Under the pieces are notes generated by a model. That model did no database searches and was not told where the DNA came from. It saw only the letters and a program-made list of their open reading frames with translations. From NCBI GenBank assembly GCA_000091205.1, contig AP006502.2: a stretch of 64,000 nt of DNA. One strand, written 5' to 3'. Of the stretch, positions 42,454 through 54,696 are shown piece by piece. Both the position numbers and the translations under genes were made by a program. Position 1 is the first letter of the stretch; every line of letters starts with the position of its first letter. The DNA comes from Cyanidioschyzon merolae (taxonomy: Eukaryota).

Positions 42454-44604
42454 ATCCCTGATCCTTCAGTCAGGCCAGATTGTATTTCCTGTCCCGAGTA
42501 TCAGTTTTGTTATCGCATGAATATTTGTGCACAAAATCTCTAGAGGAATGCGGACCGGTTGCAGCCTTGCATCCGGAACCCCTGAACGACAAATTGCTCG
42601 TCGAGGTGCTTGTAACTGAGCAAAGCTGGCGAGCCTTCGTCCTGCAAAATGCTACAAAATTTTTCACGGCGCCCTGTATCTCTCAATATTACGGATGCGA
42701 AGAGCTGATCTATGGATTCGGAAGCACAGAAATGGCGTTTGGCAACAGAGAGGGCGCATTCCACTCGGGTGAACACGGAAGAGAATGCTTGCATGAGAGG
42801 CGGCTCACCGCGAATTACAGCTTCGTCGTCCTTGAGTCCTGGCGCTTGGTGGAAAGTGACGTTTCCTGTCAACGGGAAAGAGGCATATGGGATGGAGAAG
42901 CCAAGACGTGCTTCGACGAAGGAAGAGCTATTGGACGATCCCGTCCGTTTGGTGTGAGTTGTCGGCGACCCTACGATTGAATCGTCGATAACGCCGATGC
43001 TGTTGTAATTCCTGTTTGTCTGCGGTATGCGAAAAGCGGTTCGCTTCTCGCTGAGTACCCGTGTGCAGGTCTACACTATCTCCGGAATGAGGGCTGATCC
43101 AGTGAGAGGAGCGCCATTGTTTCTTTGCATAAACGTTTGCGTCTCAAGACGTAATCGATTCTGTGATGCAAAACGCGCGACCGTCGCCTATAGAGGCGCC
43201 CTATTTTACTTGGCCCATTCGAGTCCCTTGTTCAGCGTTCGTTTCAACGGTACGAGCACGGCATATTGTGAGGCCTCCATGGTGGTGTTTCGTAGAAAAC
43301 GTGCGCAGCAGTAGACACAGACGAGGAGGCAGCTGCTACGCCAGGGCAAGATACGTTCTCTTTGGGGTGCATAACGTTCAGGATACATGCTGCGAAATGT
43401 GTGACTCATCCGCCCGGTGACGGTAGAATTACTGACTCGTGTACGCACGGTCGTTTGCAGAGGTCATCAGCGACACACCCTGGCCTTCGTGAGACCCTTT
43501 TCAAATCCATACAATAGATTCTTTTTCTTGAATACCTGCGAACCAACGAACAGAAACTAAAAGCGCGTGCAGGGACAGGCGCTCCAAAATGCATCACACT
43601 CTCAAGATAACGGTACTCCGTTGACACTCTCTAACGCTGATCTCTGGTGCTGCGTTCACTCAATAGCGCTCTTCTCCTGTAATGCACTGGAGCGGCGCTG
43701 TAAAGTCTGGAACTGGGCAACGAGCCCTGTTGAATGTCTAGGACGTCTGGCCGTACAAACAGCATATCGCAATCTGGGTATCCTGGTCTGCATCCAACGA
43801 CGAGTCGCAGAGGCGTGTTCATCGCGCCCTATACGATTCGTTGCAGACTGCGGTTCCGATGTGATTTCGGAAGCTACGCAGAACAAGCTTTTCTGGAAAG
43901 AAATTTCCCGACCTCATGTCACGGTTCATATACGTGCGTTCGCAAACATCTTGCAGTCCTCAGAAGAGATAGAAGACCATTATGCACGACCCGCGCTTGC
44001 GCAGGAGCGCGTCCTCGCCACTTGGTCCGGCACCGGCACTCAGACAGGCAGGTTATCGGAGAGCAGCTCCCGTTTGCTACGATTCTAGTCTAACGGTACT
44101 TGTCGAGCTTTGGTCAACAGACGAAACACCGCTTTTCGATTATGCACCGCTCCAGAGCTCATGTATAGCGTGATGGAACCCCGCATCGGGCACGTACGCA
44201 CGTTTCACCGCTCGTCGTAGACAGCAGTGCCTCCCGCAACGTCACTCCGGGACGCTGCGCTCCTCGATCAGAACTTCGAGCTGATCACCATAACCGCCCC
44301 GGTCTCGCGCAAGCCTCACTCTTCTCGCATATTTCAAGTTCCATGAGTAAAGACATCTACTGGATTTTCGCCTCTCGACAACGACTACTTGCACAGCGGA
44401 AAAGCCAGGCGCTCACGAAAGCGCCTCACCAGCAGCTCACGGGACGTCGTGGTAGCCGACGGCATACCGCCCAGAGGCGCTGGACGAGTCGCGCGGCAGG
44501 TCGCCGTGCTGCACAGGCGCTGCGTCCAGGGTGTATCGACACTTGGTGCACCAGCCCTGGCTTTGGGAGCCCCCGAGGGCACTTTCGGTGCGTTCTGAAC
44601 GATC

Positions 44605-45816
44605 ATGACCGACTCAAACTTGTTTTCTCCTAAACCGAACCAAATAGTGAGCACCACGGAGGCCTCAGAACGCGCTGACTCGCTTGGCACGAGTGCAGAG
44701 TCCGGCGCGCTGCGCAGCGACAGCAGCACAAGCCCAGGAGGAGTGGGGCGACGCTCGCCACTGGACTTGTTATCCAGCGGACGCAACGGCTACCCGAGCA
44801 CAGAACTCGAGCCGGTTCAGGATGAAGAACACCTTGGTGCAGCTCTGGATCAAGCGTTGAACTATGAATTACGTATCATGGCTGGGAACTCGAACCGCGA
44901 GCTCGCTGCTGCGATTGCCCGCAACCTAAAGATCGAGCTGATGGAAGCTGATGTTCGGCGCTTCTCCGACGGTGAGATCTATGTGTCGATCAAAGAGAAC
45001 GTACGGGGTAAGGACGTTTTCGTCGTCCAAGGAACTTCGCCGCCGGTGAATGACAACATCATGGAGCTGCTCCTCATGATCGATACGTTGAAGCGAGCGT
45101 CGGCGAAGCGCATCACCGCTGTGATGCCTTACTTTGGCTACGGTCGTCAAGATCGAAAGTGTGCGCCTCGAGTTCCCATATCCGCTCGCTTGATGGCGGA
45201 TCTTCTCGAAGTGAGCGGTGCGCATCGCGTGCTTGCATTCGAACTCCACGCTGGGCAGATCCAGGGCTTCTTCCGGATCCCTGTGGATCATATGTATGCA
45301 GTTCCGGTTTTTGTCAGCTACCTGCTGGAAAATAATTTTGACGGCCTCGTGGATCCTGTCATTGTCTCGCCGGATGCTGGCGGTATGGAGCGCGCTCGGG
45401 CGTTTGCCAAGCGCTTGAATGCGTCGCTCGCGATCATCGACAAGCGCCGGAGCGGGCCCAATGTCGCACACGTGATGCACATCATTGGTGAAGTCCACGA
45501 GCGTGATTGCATCATCATTGATGATATGGTGGACACCGCTGGGACGTTGACTGAGGCGGCCAAGGCTCTGAAAGACCACGGCGCGAAGAAAGTGCACGCG
45601 TACGCGGTTCACCCTGTATTGAGTGGTCCAGCGCTTGATCGCATTCGCGAGTCTGCGATCGACAAGGTCGTTGTTACGAACTCAATCATCGTAAGTGATG
45701 AACGGAAGCGGAAGAGTGGCAACAAGATCGTGCAGTTACCAGTGGATATACTGTTCAGTGACTGCATCAAGCGCATCCATCGGGAGCAAAGCGTATCCTC
45801 TTTATTTGATCAGTGA
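44605..45816 (+). CDS. Ribose-phosphate pyrophosphokinase (PRPP synthetase) with ~80-aa N-terminal extension
   Basis: RIMAGNSNRELAAAIARNL...RFSDGEIYVSI...DVFVVQ; VSPDAGGMERARAFAKRL...AIIDKRR; PRPP-binding loop IIIDDMVDTAGTLTEAAKAL...KVHAYAVHPVLSG. Confidence 0.9.
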   Translation: MTDSNLFSPKPNQIVSTTEASERADSLGTSAESGALRSDSSTSPGGVGRRSPLDLLSSGRNGYPSTELEPVQDEEHLGAALDQALNYELRIMAGNSNRELAAAIARNLKIELMEADVRRFSDGEIYVSIKENVRGKDVFVVQGTSPPVNDNIMELLLMIDTLKRASAKRITAVMPYFGYGRQDRKCAPRVPISARLMADLLEVSGAHRVLAFELHAGQIQGFFRIPVDHMYAVPVFVSYLLENNFDGLVDPVIVSPDAGGMERARAFAKRLNASLAIIDKRRSGPNVAHVMHIIGEVHERDCIIIDDMVDTAGTLTEAAKALKDHGAKKVHAYAVHPVLSGPALDRIRESAIDKVVVTNSIIVSDERKRKSGNKIVQLPVDILFSDCIKRIHREQSVSSLFDQ

Positions 45817-46719
45817 GGTTCAAGAGCAATGCGTTGCACTGCAGCGAATGCGGGAACAGCTCGGCACAAGGTACGCACCTGCATGTCCTCGGCGACTTGA
45901 GTGGCACTCGGAAACGATACCTGGCAGGCGGCGAGCGTGCTTTGTACTGTGCGGGTTCACGGCAAGATCATATGCAGGTGCACGCATATGAACACTCGAA
46001 TGTTTTTTTGGTGGGATCTGTCTACCAGTGTGTTTATCATGCGCCAAAAACGGCTCATTTCTATGAAAGCGCGTGTCGATTCCGCGGTATCGTTGACGCG
46101 GTGTAACTTTCAAGAAAAATACCGCAGAAAGCATGACTATGCGGCACAAGCGTCCGTTACGCCCATGTCAGGATAAAATGAATGGGTCCACTCGATTGAT
46201 TCGGGCTTGCATTCTGAAATCTGGGTCGCGTCCCACTGGCATCGATACCAGCCTTGGCGGGGGTTCTGCGATTGTTTCGTTATCCTCTCCCTCGTGTCCG
46301 ACCTGAAAAACGCTGGTCACTCCTTCCCCTCTGTTTCCGTTGTCGACAGTATAAGGATGCTATCGGCAGCGCTCAAGCCCTGACTTTGATGCTTGCGGCT
46401 AATGTCAACGCTTTCCATGCATAGGCGATACTTGCAATCGATACCGCGCTTGCCAGTTCCGTCTTCTTTGTATGCAGCGTCGCTGTGCGCCCCTCGCACC
46501 AGTGACACGTGCCTGTGGTCAGATGCTGCCAACTGTTCACCACCACAGCTGCCACTCCGATCGCTGCCTCGTGACGCGTGAACGCTCGGTTCATCGCTCC
46601 CCACGTGGCCTTGACGGCAACAGGAGGCTCGCCTCGATCCCATCCTCGTTTGCCGACCCTGGGGTCGCGTTCTACGTTCACGGGCGCCTGCCGCGCGATG
46701 TTCTGTTCGAGAACGCTGC

Positions 46720-47350
46720 TCGCTACGCTTGAAAGCGCTCGCCGTTCCATTCGATAGAGGATTGGTGGAACGCGATATTGTCCATCACGAAACGAGTGCA
46801 GGAGGGAATATCCACGCTGGAGAGCAAGTCGAGTTCCTCAGGTCCATCTACGCCCGTTTCGTGCAAGACGCTGGCGTACGCTCCACTGGAAGCGATCGTT
46901 GCGATGGCTCGAGTGCGAGCCCAGCACCCGATTCTATGCAAACGGAAGAGACGGCATCCTGTGGAAGCGCACGCCCTGGGAGGTATTTTGCGTCAGTCAT
47001 GTGCCGGCTCGGCGGCGGCGGCGGCCACAAAGCAGAGGCAGACCTGTCTTTCAATCGGAGTCGATGATTTGGACACCATCAAATCGGTACAACTTTGTGC
47101 ATGAGCTTCTGTATGGTCGCCAAGGGACGACATGGAGTTTTTTATTTCGTCGTCGTCGTCGTCGTCGTCGTCAATCCAGCGGCGCGAGTTGCTGCACCCA
47201 CGAGTTGTCGTGAAACAGACAATATCGAAAAAGAGACGCATGCGTGATAAGCGCGTCCAACATGTCAGGAGCGGAGTATCACGCAGGCTTGTGCATATGA
47301 ACCTGATCATGGTATCGGTTGATTTTGGGAATCACTGATCGGAACGCGTC
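46720..47350 (-). repeat. Composite interspersed repeat, copy E (reverse orientation), with an internal (GTC)n microsatellite at 47148-47180
   Basis: Part-3 forward at 46729-47000 (ccattcgatagaggattggtggaacgcgatattgtccatcacgaaacg...tgcaaacggaagagacggcatcc). Part-1 reversed at ~47100-47350 (revcomp of ctgatcatggtatcggttgattttgggaatcac resembles caatcgatatcatgatccag of copy B). cgtcgtcgtcgtcgtcgtcgtcgtc read directly. Confidence 0.75.
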
Positions 47351-48607
47351 GCACACCATCGCGAGTCTCCGGGTACGTAACGAACGCCAGCGGCACAGCG
47401 TCAACGGGGGCACTTCGAAAAAGCAACCGGGCATCCTATCACGTACTATACATGCTTGGCCGTTTATTCCGGCAATCTGATTGTCGAGGCTGTACATCGA
47501 ATGCATCTAGGAAAAATTCGCAAGACAGACGCTGAGCGAGCAATACAATATCCGATTTTAAGCTGATACAGGTGTTTTCTCTGAACGCCCCACACGTTGC
47601 GGCCGGCGACAGTCTCGCGCTTGTCGCTCTGAGGACTCGCGATGCACGAGCTCGCAGGAACGTGCACCAGTGAGGTTAGTGAGCAAGAAACAACCTCCTG
47701 TGATCCTTTCATAAGAGGACAAATGCAGACCTTGACAGGGCGGCCCAGATACATTCGGGACTCTTCAGATCATGGACGTGGCCTTTGTGCCAATGACGCG
47801 CCCGACGGCCGCTCCAGTTCATGCAGAATCGAGGAAGGTGGACCCCCACAGAGATGCCATCAGTGACACACAAAAGTTATCCCACGAACATGGAGAGTAA
47901 ACACGTAGTCTCACTCACAGACCTCTCCCAGCATTTTTTGACAGGCCGTCTGCTATCGGCTGTAGCTTCTCTTTGTACACTTCGAGGCTGAGAGGCTACT
48001 TCACAAAGGTGGTTCGCGTCAGCACCACGTATCGTATGGAATTGATGGCGGCTACGAAGTCTCGGTTCACGAACTTCTTGTATTTATTGTATCTGCTTGA
48101 ACTCACCAATGCAAGGATTGCTAGAACACGTGCCCTCCGTACCACACCAGTCTCGTCATCATCCCGTGGGGCAAACACCTCTTCCCGCCTATCCCGCCTC
48201 TTCTTCTTCTTCCTCCTCGCTCTATCAAAGACCAGAAGAGGATTTTGCTCTTTCGTTTCTCTCCGGCACCCGATGACACCGGGAACTCCAGGATTCCCAA
48301 GTTACATCTCCATAACTTTCTCTTAGATTATGTATTTCTTCAAACGGACGCATTTCGAAAGCATCTTCCATACACCGCGAAATCGCATGATGAGACACGC
48401 ACCTGGTGATGGAACACCATTGGGATGAAATACTACAATCAGACTAATATGGACAATTTATGAAAGCATTTTGCCGCAGTCGCCGCCGGCACGTCCCACG
48501 CGAATCCCCGGGTTGACCTCGGGGGTCCATGGCAACAGCCTCCAAACGACAGCGAGCTTGCATGTCTCTTTTTCCGTAAGTTTCACACCAACCGCAGGCC
48601 GCTGATC

Positions 48608-49492
48608 ATGGATTCCGTGCGTCCAGATGGCCGCTCTTCCGAAGCGTTCCGACCTCTCCGTGTGGCGCTCGGCGTACTCGAACGCGCTGACGGTTCGAGC
48701 TTGCTCTCTCTGGGCGAGACTCGAGTGCTCGTGAGCGTTTACGGCCCACTGCAAAGCGAGCTATCGACTAGATCGGGCGGTGTCGCAGTGCAAACCCCCC
48801 GCGATGGCACTTGTCAGGTCACTTGGCTTGAACCGGAACCTACGCTCAGCGACATACTGACCACAACACGTGAAGCGCACCGAGGCGGCGTCCAGGGCGC
48901 ACCGTACCCTGTCCTGCCTCTGTCTGCAGAGCAGGCTGCAGTGCGATCTCGAGCGACGGGCTTACGAAGACATCCTGCCACGGAGACGCTGCTGGAGCGG
49001 CTCTTTTCGTCCGTGATCATCCTAATGGAGTACGCGTCCAGTTGTATCCATGTCATCGTTCAGGTGTTGCACCATGACGGTGGAACGTTGGCCGCGGCTG
49101 TCATTGCTGCGAGTTTGGCGCTCATGGATGCGGGCGTATCGCTGCGAGGCTTCCTGGTTGCGGTGCCCATCCTGGCACGAAGCATCGATCACGAGCAGGC
49201 AGACGTAAGCTGGCTGGTAGACCCGACGCTGGCGGAGCTGCGTCAGCAAAGTTTGGGTTCCAGTCTATGGGTTGTGGATCAAACCGGAAACATATGCTAT
49301 TGCCGGCTCGAGGCCCCGTTTGCCCTGGAAACTAGCGCACCAGCATCACTGTCGGATATTAACGCCAGCATGCACTTGGAGTGGCACCAAGACGCATACC
49401 GGATCGCCGCTGGTGCAGCAGAGAAACTATGCAGCTGGCTTCGCTCGGTCATGGAGTCGCAGATCAAGGACGCGTTGCCGGAGATCCAGTAG
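48608..49492 (+). CDS. Exosome complex RNase PH-like subunit (Rrp46/Rrp41/Mtr3 family)
   Basis: 294-aa ORF. MDSVRPDGRSSEAFRPLRVALGVLERADGSSLLSLGETRVLVSVYGP is the RNase PH domain N-terminal signature (RxDGR...R.....G....DGSA....G.T.VL..V.GP), with a second-domain-like C-terminal half. Confidence 0.8.
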   Translation: MDSVRPDGRSSEAFRPLRVALGVLERADGSSLLSLGETRVLVSVYGPLQSELSTRSGGVAVQTPRDGTCQVTWLEPEPTLSDILTTTREAHRGGVQGAPYPVLPLSAEQAAVRSRATGLRRHPATETLLERLFSSVIILMEYASSCIHVIVQVLHHDGGTLAAAVIAASLALMDAGVSLRGFLVAVPILARSIDHEQADVSWLVDPTLAELRQQSLGSSLWVVDQTGNICYCRLEAPFALETSAPASLSDINASMHLEWHQDAYRIAAGAAEKLCSWLRSVMESQIKDALPEIQ

Positions 49493-49990
49493 GGCAGCGT
49501 CGTATAGCATACGCACCAGTTGCTTCCGGAAATTCTGTCGGGGAGAGCGTCTTTTACCGTGTGTGCCGTTGAGGAGGATGCTTCCCCAGCATGCGCATCT
49601 GCGAAGAACCGTCTCTCCTGGGAGCGTACCTCCAGCGGTGCGAGTGACTGGCGCGCCTCGTCTGCTGGGTGACTTGTCATGCGGGTTGCGCATCTTCCGG
49701 AGCCGCATCGGACGCGTGAGGCTATTCTCGAACCGAGAGCCGGCCTTCGCACCTACTAGACACGCTGGTCCATCTACGTGTCAACGGTTACTTTGCAACG
49801 ATACTGCTGATGGTTCCCAGGAACCCCTGCAAATGTATCCCAGGAGGTAACAGCTTCTATAGAACCTCGGAGGCCTATTATCCTTTGATTCGCCAATCGC
49901 TGAACGCTTCACAAACCCGCGTGATGGTCGTTTCAGTGCTCATTCAAACTCGTAATCGGCTACGCGGAAGCTCATCATCAGGGCAGAGTT

Positions 49991-52291
49991 TCACAGACCG
50001 AACTCTTCATCAAGAGCTGCAAATCGCAAGGCATCTGAGTATTGCCAGATACCGCTTCTCTGGTGCCTAGCTTGCTGCTCTTCCGCTGCGAAACGATGCG
50101 CAGCGGGCCGTCTGGTACCTTCGTCCTGCGGGTGAAGACACCAAGCGAGTCCACGCTGAACGAGCAGCCCGGCAACCGAGGTACCAGCTTCGTCTATACT
50201 ATGAAAGGATCGCGGCTCCTGTGTCGTTGGCCTGGACGCAACAAGCAGGTCGCCCAGCACAAGTCCTAACTCGGGCGCAATGCTTGGTGCGGGACCAGGG
50301 TCCTGTTTCGTCACCACCACATTTAGGGGGCGGTCCCATGTCAGTTCCCGTAACAAGGTACCGCTCTGCTCCCAGCACGGCTCGTCTGTATCAGGCACTG
50401 CAATGTCGTCAAACCTAAATGCAAACGTCTGTGCCGGGAGTTGCTCTAGAATGTGTACGTTCGCATCATGCGGAGGGAGCGTTCGCAAATGCGATGCATC
50501 AACCCAGAGCTCGCCGCCGCTGTCTATGAACCGTAAAAAAATCAAGTCGTGCTCACCTGGTGCAGTGTCCAGCACCCGAGCACGGTACCAGGGGCGTTCA
50601 CCAGGGTACTGGGCCAATACCAGGTCGAATGGGTGCGGCATTGGCTTGTGCGCGGTCTCGGTAACGAGTTGTCTCGCAACCAGATCACAAAGCTCTTGAA
50701 TGCGCGCTGCTTCAGCAGGATTTGCTTTTGGTGAGCGCAGAAAAAGCAAGCCGCCGGGAAGAATCTCCGTTACCGTTAGTGAACGCCAAACCACAGCTCT
50801 ACCCGAGTGCTCTGCGCCCACCCGCGACAAGCCGATCTCCTTGCCCGCGTCTGCAGAGACCGATGGAGCGGAAACAGCCCAGAGGCCTCGACGAGTTCGC
50901 TGCGCTCTTTGTTGCGCGCTTTGCAGCTGTTGCCAGGTCGCCGCAGGAAGCGATGCTCGCTCGAGCAGCGTGGCTAGACCTGCCTGCACCAGATGCTCAG
51001 CCCAGTCCCCGGAAAAAACGACATTTTGCTCGGAAGGATCCGTTTGCGATAGGGAAGGCCCCAGAACATACAGCGTGCCGAGAAAAGTCCCATAGCGATC
51101 GACATCCAAGATACGGACCCGCACGTCGCGCTGAAGAACATGCCTCCGTGCCTCGTTGTATGCACGCCAGCTGCAGTCCTCTTCCGCGGACAAGCGCTGG
51201 CCCTCGGTTTCGATGGGCCGAGGAACCGCACAGCGAACACCAGCGAGCGCAAATGATACTAGCAGCGCATCCTTGTTGAGGAAGACTTTGAAGCGAGACC
51301 CACTTCGAACGTATTCAACGATGCCGATACGTTCGCTCGTATCCGACAACGATTGCTGGCTTCCGCAGAGGATTGGGAAGAGGTCGCGAGCTCGACGACT
51401 TGCTTCTCTGCGAGTGACGTCATGGATGCGCCGAGGCTGCGTCAGGATCGTAGCAGGAGTCGTTGACCCCCGAGGTACAGCGCTCTCTCCGGCACCAGAC
51501 CTGTGAAGTGTAGAGCCGGTGGGCGCCCTCGAGCCGCCTCCCTGCTTTCGTTGCTGTTCTGGCGGTTGCTGCTTCCTCTTGCGCTCGATTTCGACAAAAG
51601 TGTTGACAGCTTGCTGACACGCTGCATCGCTTTGGTCGTTCGGGAGGGTCTTCAACTGAACCAGACCAGCTTCGAGTAGGGCAGCATTCAGCAAGCAGTC
51701 CGCCTGCCACAGGAGGACCTGCGGAACGCCCGTAGATGTCGATGAGGCGCTGCTTACCCTAGAAGGGCGCTGCGAAACAACTTGCACCCGAACGAGACCG
51801 GGGTGACCAATGAGACGCGTTCGTAGCCACTCGCGTGCAGTGAACCCTCCTTCGGTATCGAGCGGATATGCTCTGACGAACGCTAGCCCAACTTGCAATG
51901 CGCTTTGCAACGAACTCGTATGCAGCACCGGTTCCTGACTCGTATCTGTTGTCATCGATGTAGCAGACGCAGTCGTAGAGGTCGCCCTGGAACGTTGGTG
52001 CGACGGCAGCAATAATAGTGAATCACCGGAGAGCACTTGGATGACCTCAGCTTGCCAACGTGATCCGATTTCCGTCAAGTTAGGCGCCTCGAGTGGGCTC
52101 GCTGCTTTCGTTGTTGCGGGAGAAAACTTCCACCAGCCAAGCTCACGACGTCGAGCGTCTTCTTGAAGCGATTGCCAGCGCTTTGCATAGGCTGATACCA
52201 AGTCCATACCCCAGTCGCTCATCCAACCGAGACCGTTTCGGAGCAGGGCCTCTCCGAGCTGTGCATGCAGCGTATACGTCTCCTGTTGTTG

Positions 52292-52322
<31 letters not shown>

Positions 52323-53620
52323 TCGTCATGTAATGAATCGACTCCCGAGCCAGAGACTCCGCGGACAGTCACGATCCAGTGACCCAGCGGCGTCTGCTCT
52401 TTCCCGTAGACAAGGATATCGCGCTGGAGCAGAAACCGCTCGGTAAGAAAACGGGCTTGAAGAGCGATTCGTCCAGCGGGAGAGTTCGGATCCTCTGGGG
52501 AGGCTTTTGCCCCTAAATCGGTGTTATTCGAATCTGCTCGAGTTTGGCCAGATGATACGGATGGGGTTGCAAGACCCGCGAGCCAGGCGAGGATGAGCGC
52601 ATGCCGCTGCACCTGTCTGGAACTCTCTCGACTCGGTGCGGTTGCCGGCTCTGGAACCCGCAAAAGAACCACCGAACCACTAAGAACGCGTTCCACAACC
52701 GCCTTCAAATAAAAGGATCCGCCCATAGGTATATTCGCCTCCAACCAGGTCTTGACTTGGGTTACAGGCACAACAATGTGACGTTGAGGGTACTGCTTAC
52801 TCCAGATGCCGCATTCGTGAGCTCTTGCAGCTACCTCATCCTGCTGAAGCGCTGGATAGACGTGCGCAGCAAACCACTGCGCTACCACGATATTCCTCTG
52901 ACTGCAAAAAGCAGCGGTCTGGGAGCCCATCCCTACGTCACGCTGCTCCGGTGCCTGCGTTGCTGGTGCTGTCGTCGTCACCGTAGAGCTGCGTTCGCCT
53001 AAAGACGTCAAACCTTTTGGGCCAGTAGCGCTGGCGTGTGTACCCAATTGGTTTGGTGCAAGTCGTGCAAGCCCTGCTTTCAACAGCTGGCTCTGCAAAG
53101 ACTCCTTCGGGTCTAGATGGACAAGTGCGTACTCCGAGTGCCCATCGGTGCCAACGATGGAGAAGGTGACGTGGCGACCAATGGTGCTTTTCCGGGACCA
53201 TTCGCGGGCTTCAAACGCCCAGTCTTGCTCGATATCATCAGAAGCGGGGGATAAACCGTTCCCTTCGCACCCGTCCTTCGTCAGCAGAGCGTGACGATCA
53301 CCTGCTTCCGTTGCCGGGGCAGGGACGGAACTCGACTCCGGTCGTTGAGCAGGACAGGCGCGTGGTGTTTGAATCCCAGCGAGTCGAACGCGTCGAGCAG
53401 CTGGCAGTTCCGTACGAGAGAGATCTGCTGATGTCGGTGTCCAGAGTACGAGTTCATCCGCCTCGAGTACCGTACCAACGATTGCTCGTAGCCAGACGGG
53501 CGACGAGCTCGCGTCTTTTTCCGCGGATATTTTCATGGTTCCAGTGACACTTTGACCAGCGTCTGTTGTCTTCGGGCTATCAAGTCGCATGTTCCAGGTG
53601 GCCGTAAACGTGTGTAGCAC
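49991..53620 (-). CDS. Tudor-SN / SND1-like protein (multiple staphylococcal-nuclease-like domains + Tudor domain) with internal polyQ tract
   Basis: 1209-aa ORF. SN-like segments WAFEAREWSRKSTIGRHVTFSIVGTDGHSEYALVHL...SQLLKAGLARL, repeated SNase-like blocks (..VQAGLATL.., ..RNGLGW.., ..LEAGLVQL.., ..VQRGLAWC..), and a Tudor-like core AQYPGERPWYRARVLDTAPGEHDLIFLRFIDSGGELWVDASHLRTLP. Q15 run encoded by (CTG/TTG)n at ~52288-52335. Confidence 0.9.
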
Positions 53621-54696
53621 GGTCTTTCAAGACGCAAGGCGGTGAATCAAGTTGAAGCAACAGCGTTCGCAGCAGCTGCTTCTCACGATCAGAGACGATG
53701 GACGTCGTGAGTCGATGTTCCCAGAGACACTTGAAAGACGCTTCTTTGGAAGCAGCGTTTTCGCTGGGCTCGTAAGGAAAACGAAGTCGGGCTTTGAAGC
53801 GCACTGCAGCTCGTATATTCAGTTTGAAGCAACAACAGTAGCCGGCTGCTGTAACGAACCTCAAGGAGACTGTTGTCAAAGGCAGCGTTTCAGTTTCCTA
53901 GATGCAGAAATACAATCTAGTAAACCAGAAACTAAAATTTTTTGCAATAGAAACTTTTGCCTTAGCGGGAGATCGTCGCAGATCTGTTCAGGAACAACGT
54001 AAACAGACGATCTCAGAACCTGTTGGTCCGTCGTTCAGACTCCTCCGAAAATATACCTCACCCTCAACAAAAGATCGTCGCAAAGCGCTAGTGTAATTTT
54101 GAAAAGGTGAAATCACAACCCCTTGATCCCCGGTCTGAAGTTCTCCGAAAAGAAACTCGACTCTTTACGAAACCTCCAAATGAACGGATTCCGGATAGTT
54201 GCTGGGAGAACGGGGCAACGTGTCTGTGTTGTACCCGGCCGGCTGCCGTGCGAAACGAAAGTCACGGCCTCTGGTGCACGGTCGAGAGGACGTGTTGGAT
54301 GCGTTTTACGTGCCTTTAGTAGACAAACAGGAGCCTCTGCGTCTCCGAAAGCAGCAAGCCTGTAAGGTTCAAGGCAAGTACATCTACTTCCTATACAGGA
54401 ATCGAAGCCGCAGGCACCGGATCGGACCTGATGTGCTCACTGCAAGAAGCACAAGGTACCGCACTACCTACATGCTTACAACCTGCATCGTAATCTCTTG
54501 AGCTCTGGAACTGATACAGACGCTTGCCTTAAAGAGTTAGCGTTGGCTCACGAGTGAGACTCGCACTGCATCGCACTGTGCGTATACCAGTGGTCAACGA
54601 CCTTGCACCAACCGCAAAACGCTGGTTCGGAGTACTCGGTGAACACTTGGGACAACGTTGTCTAACTGCACTCGGCGATAAGAAAAGCTTCTCTGG

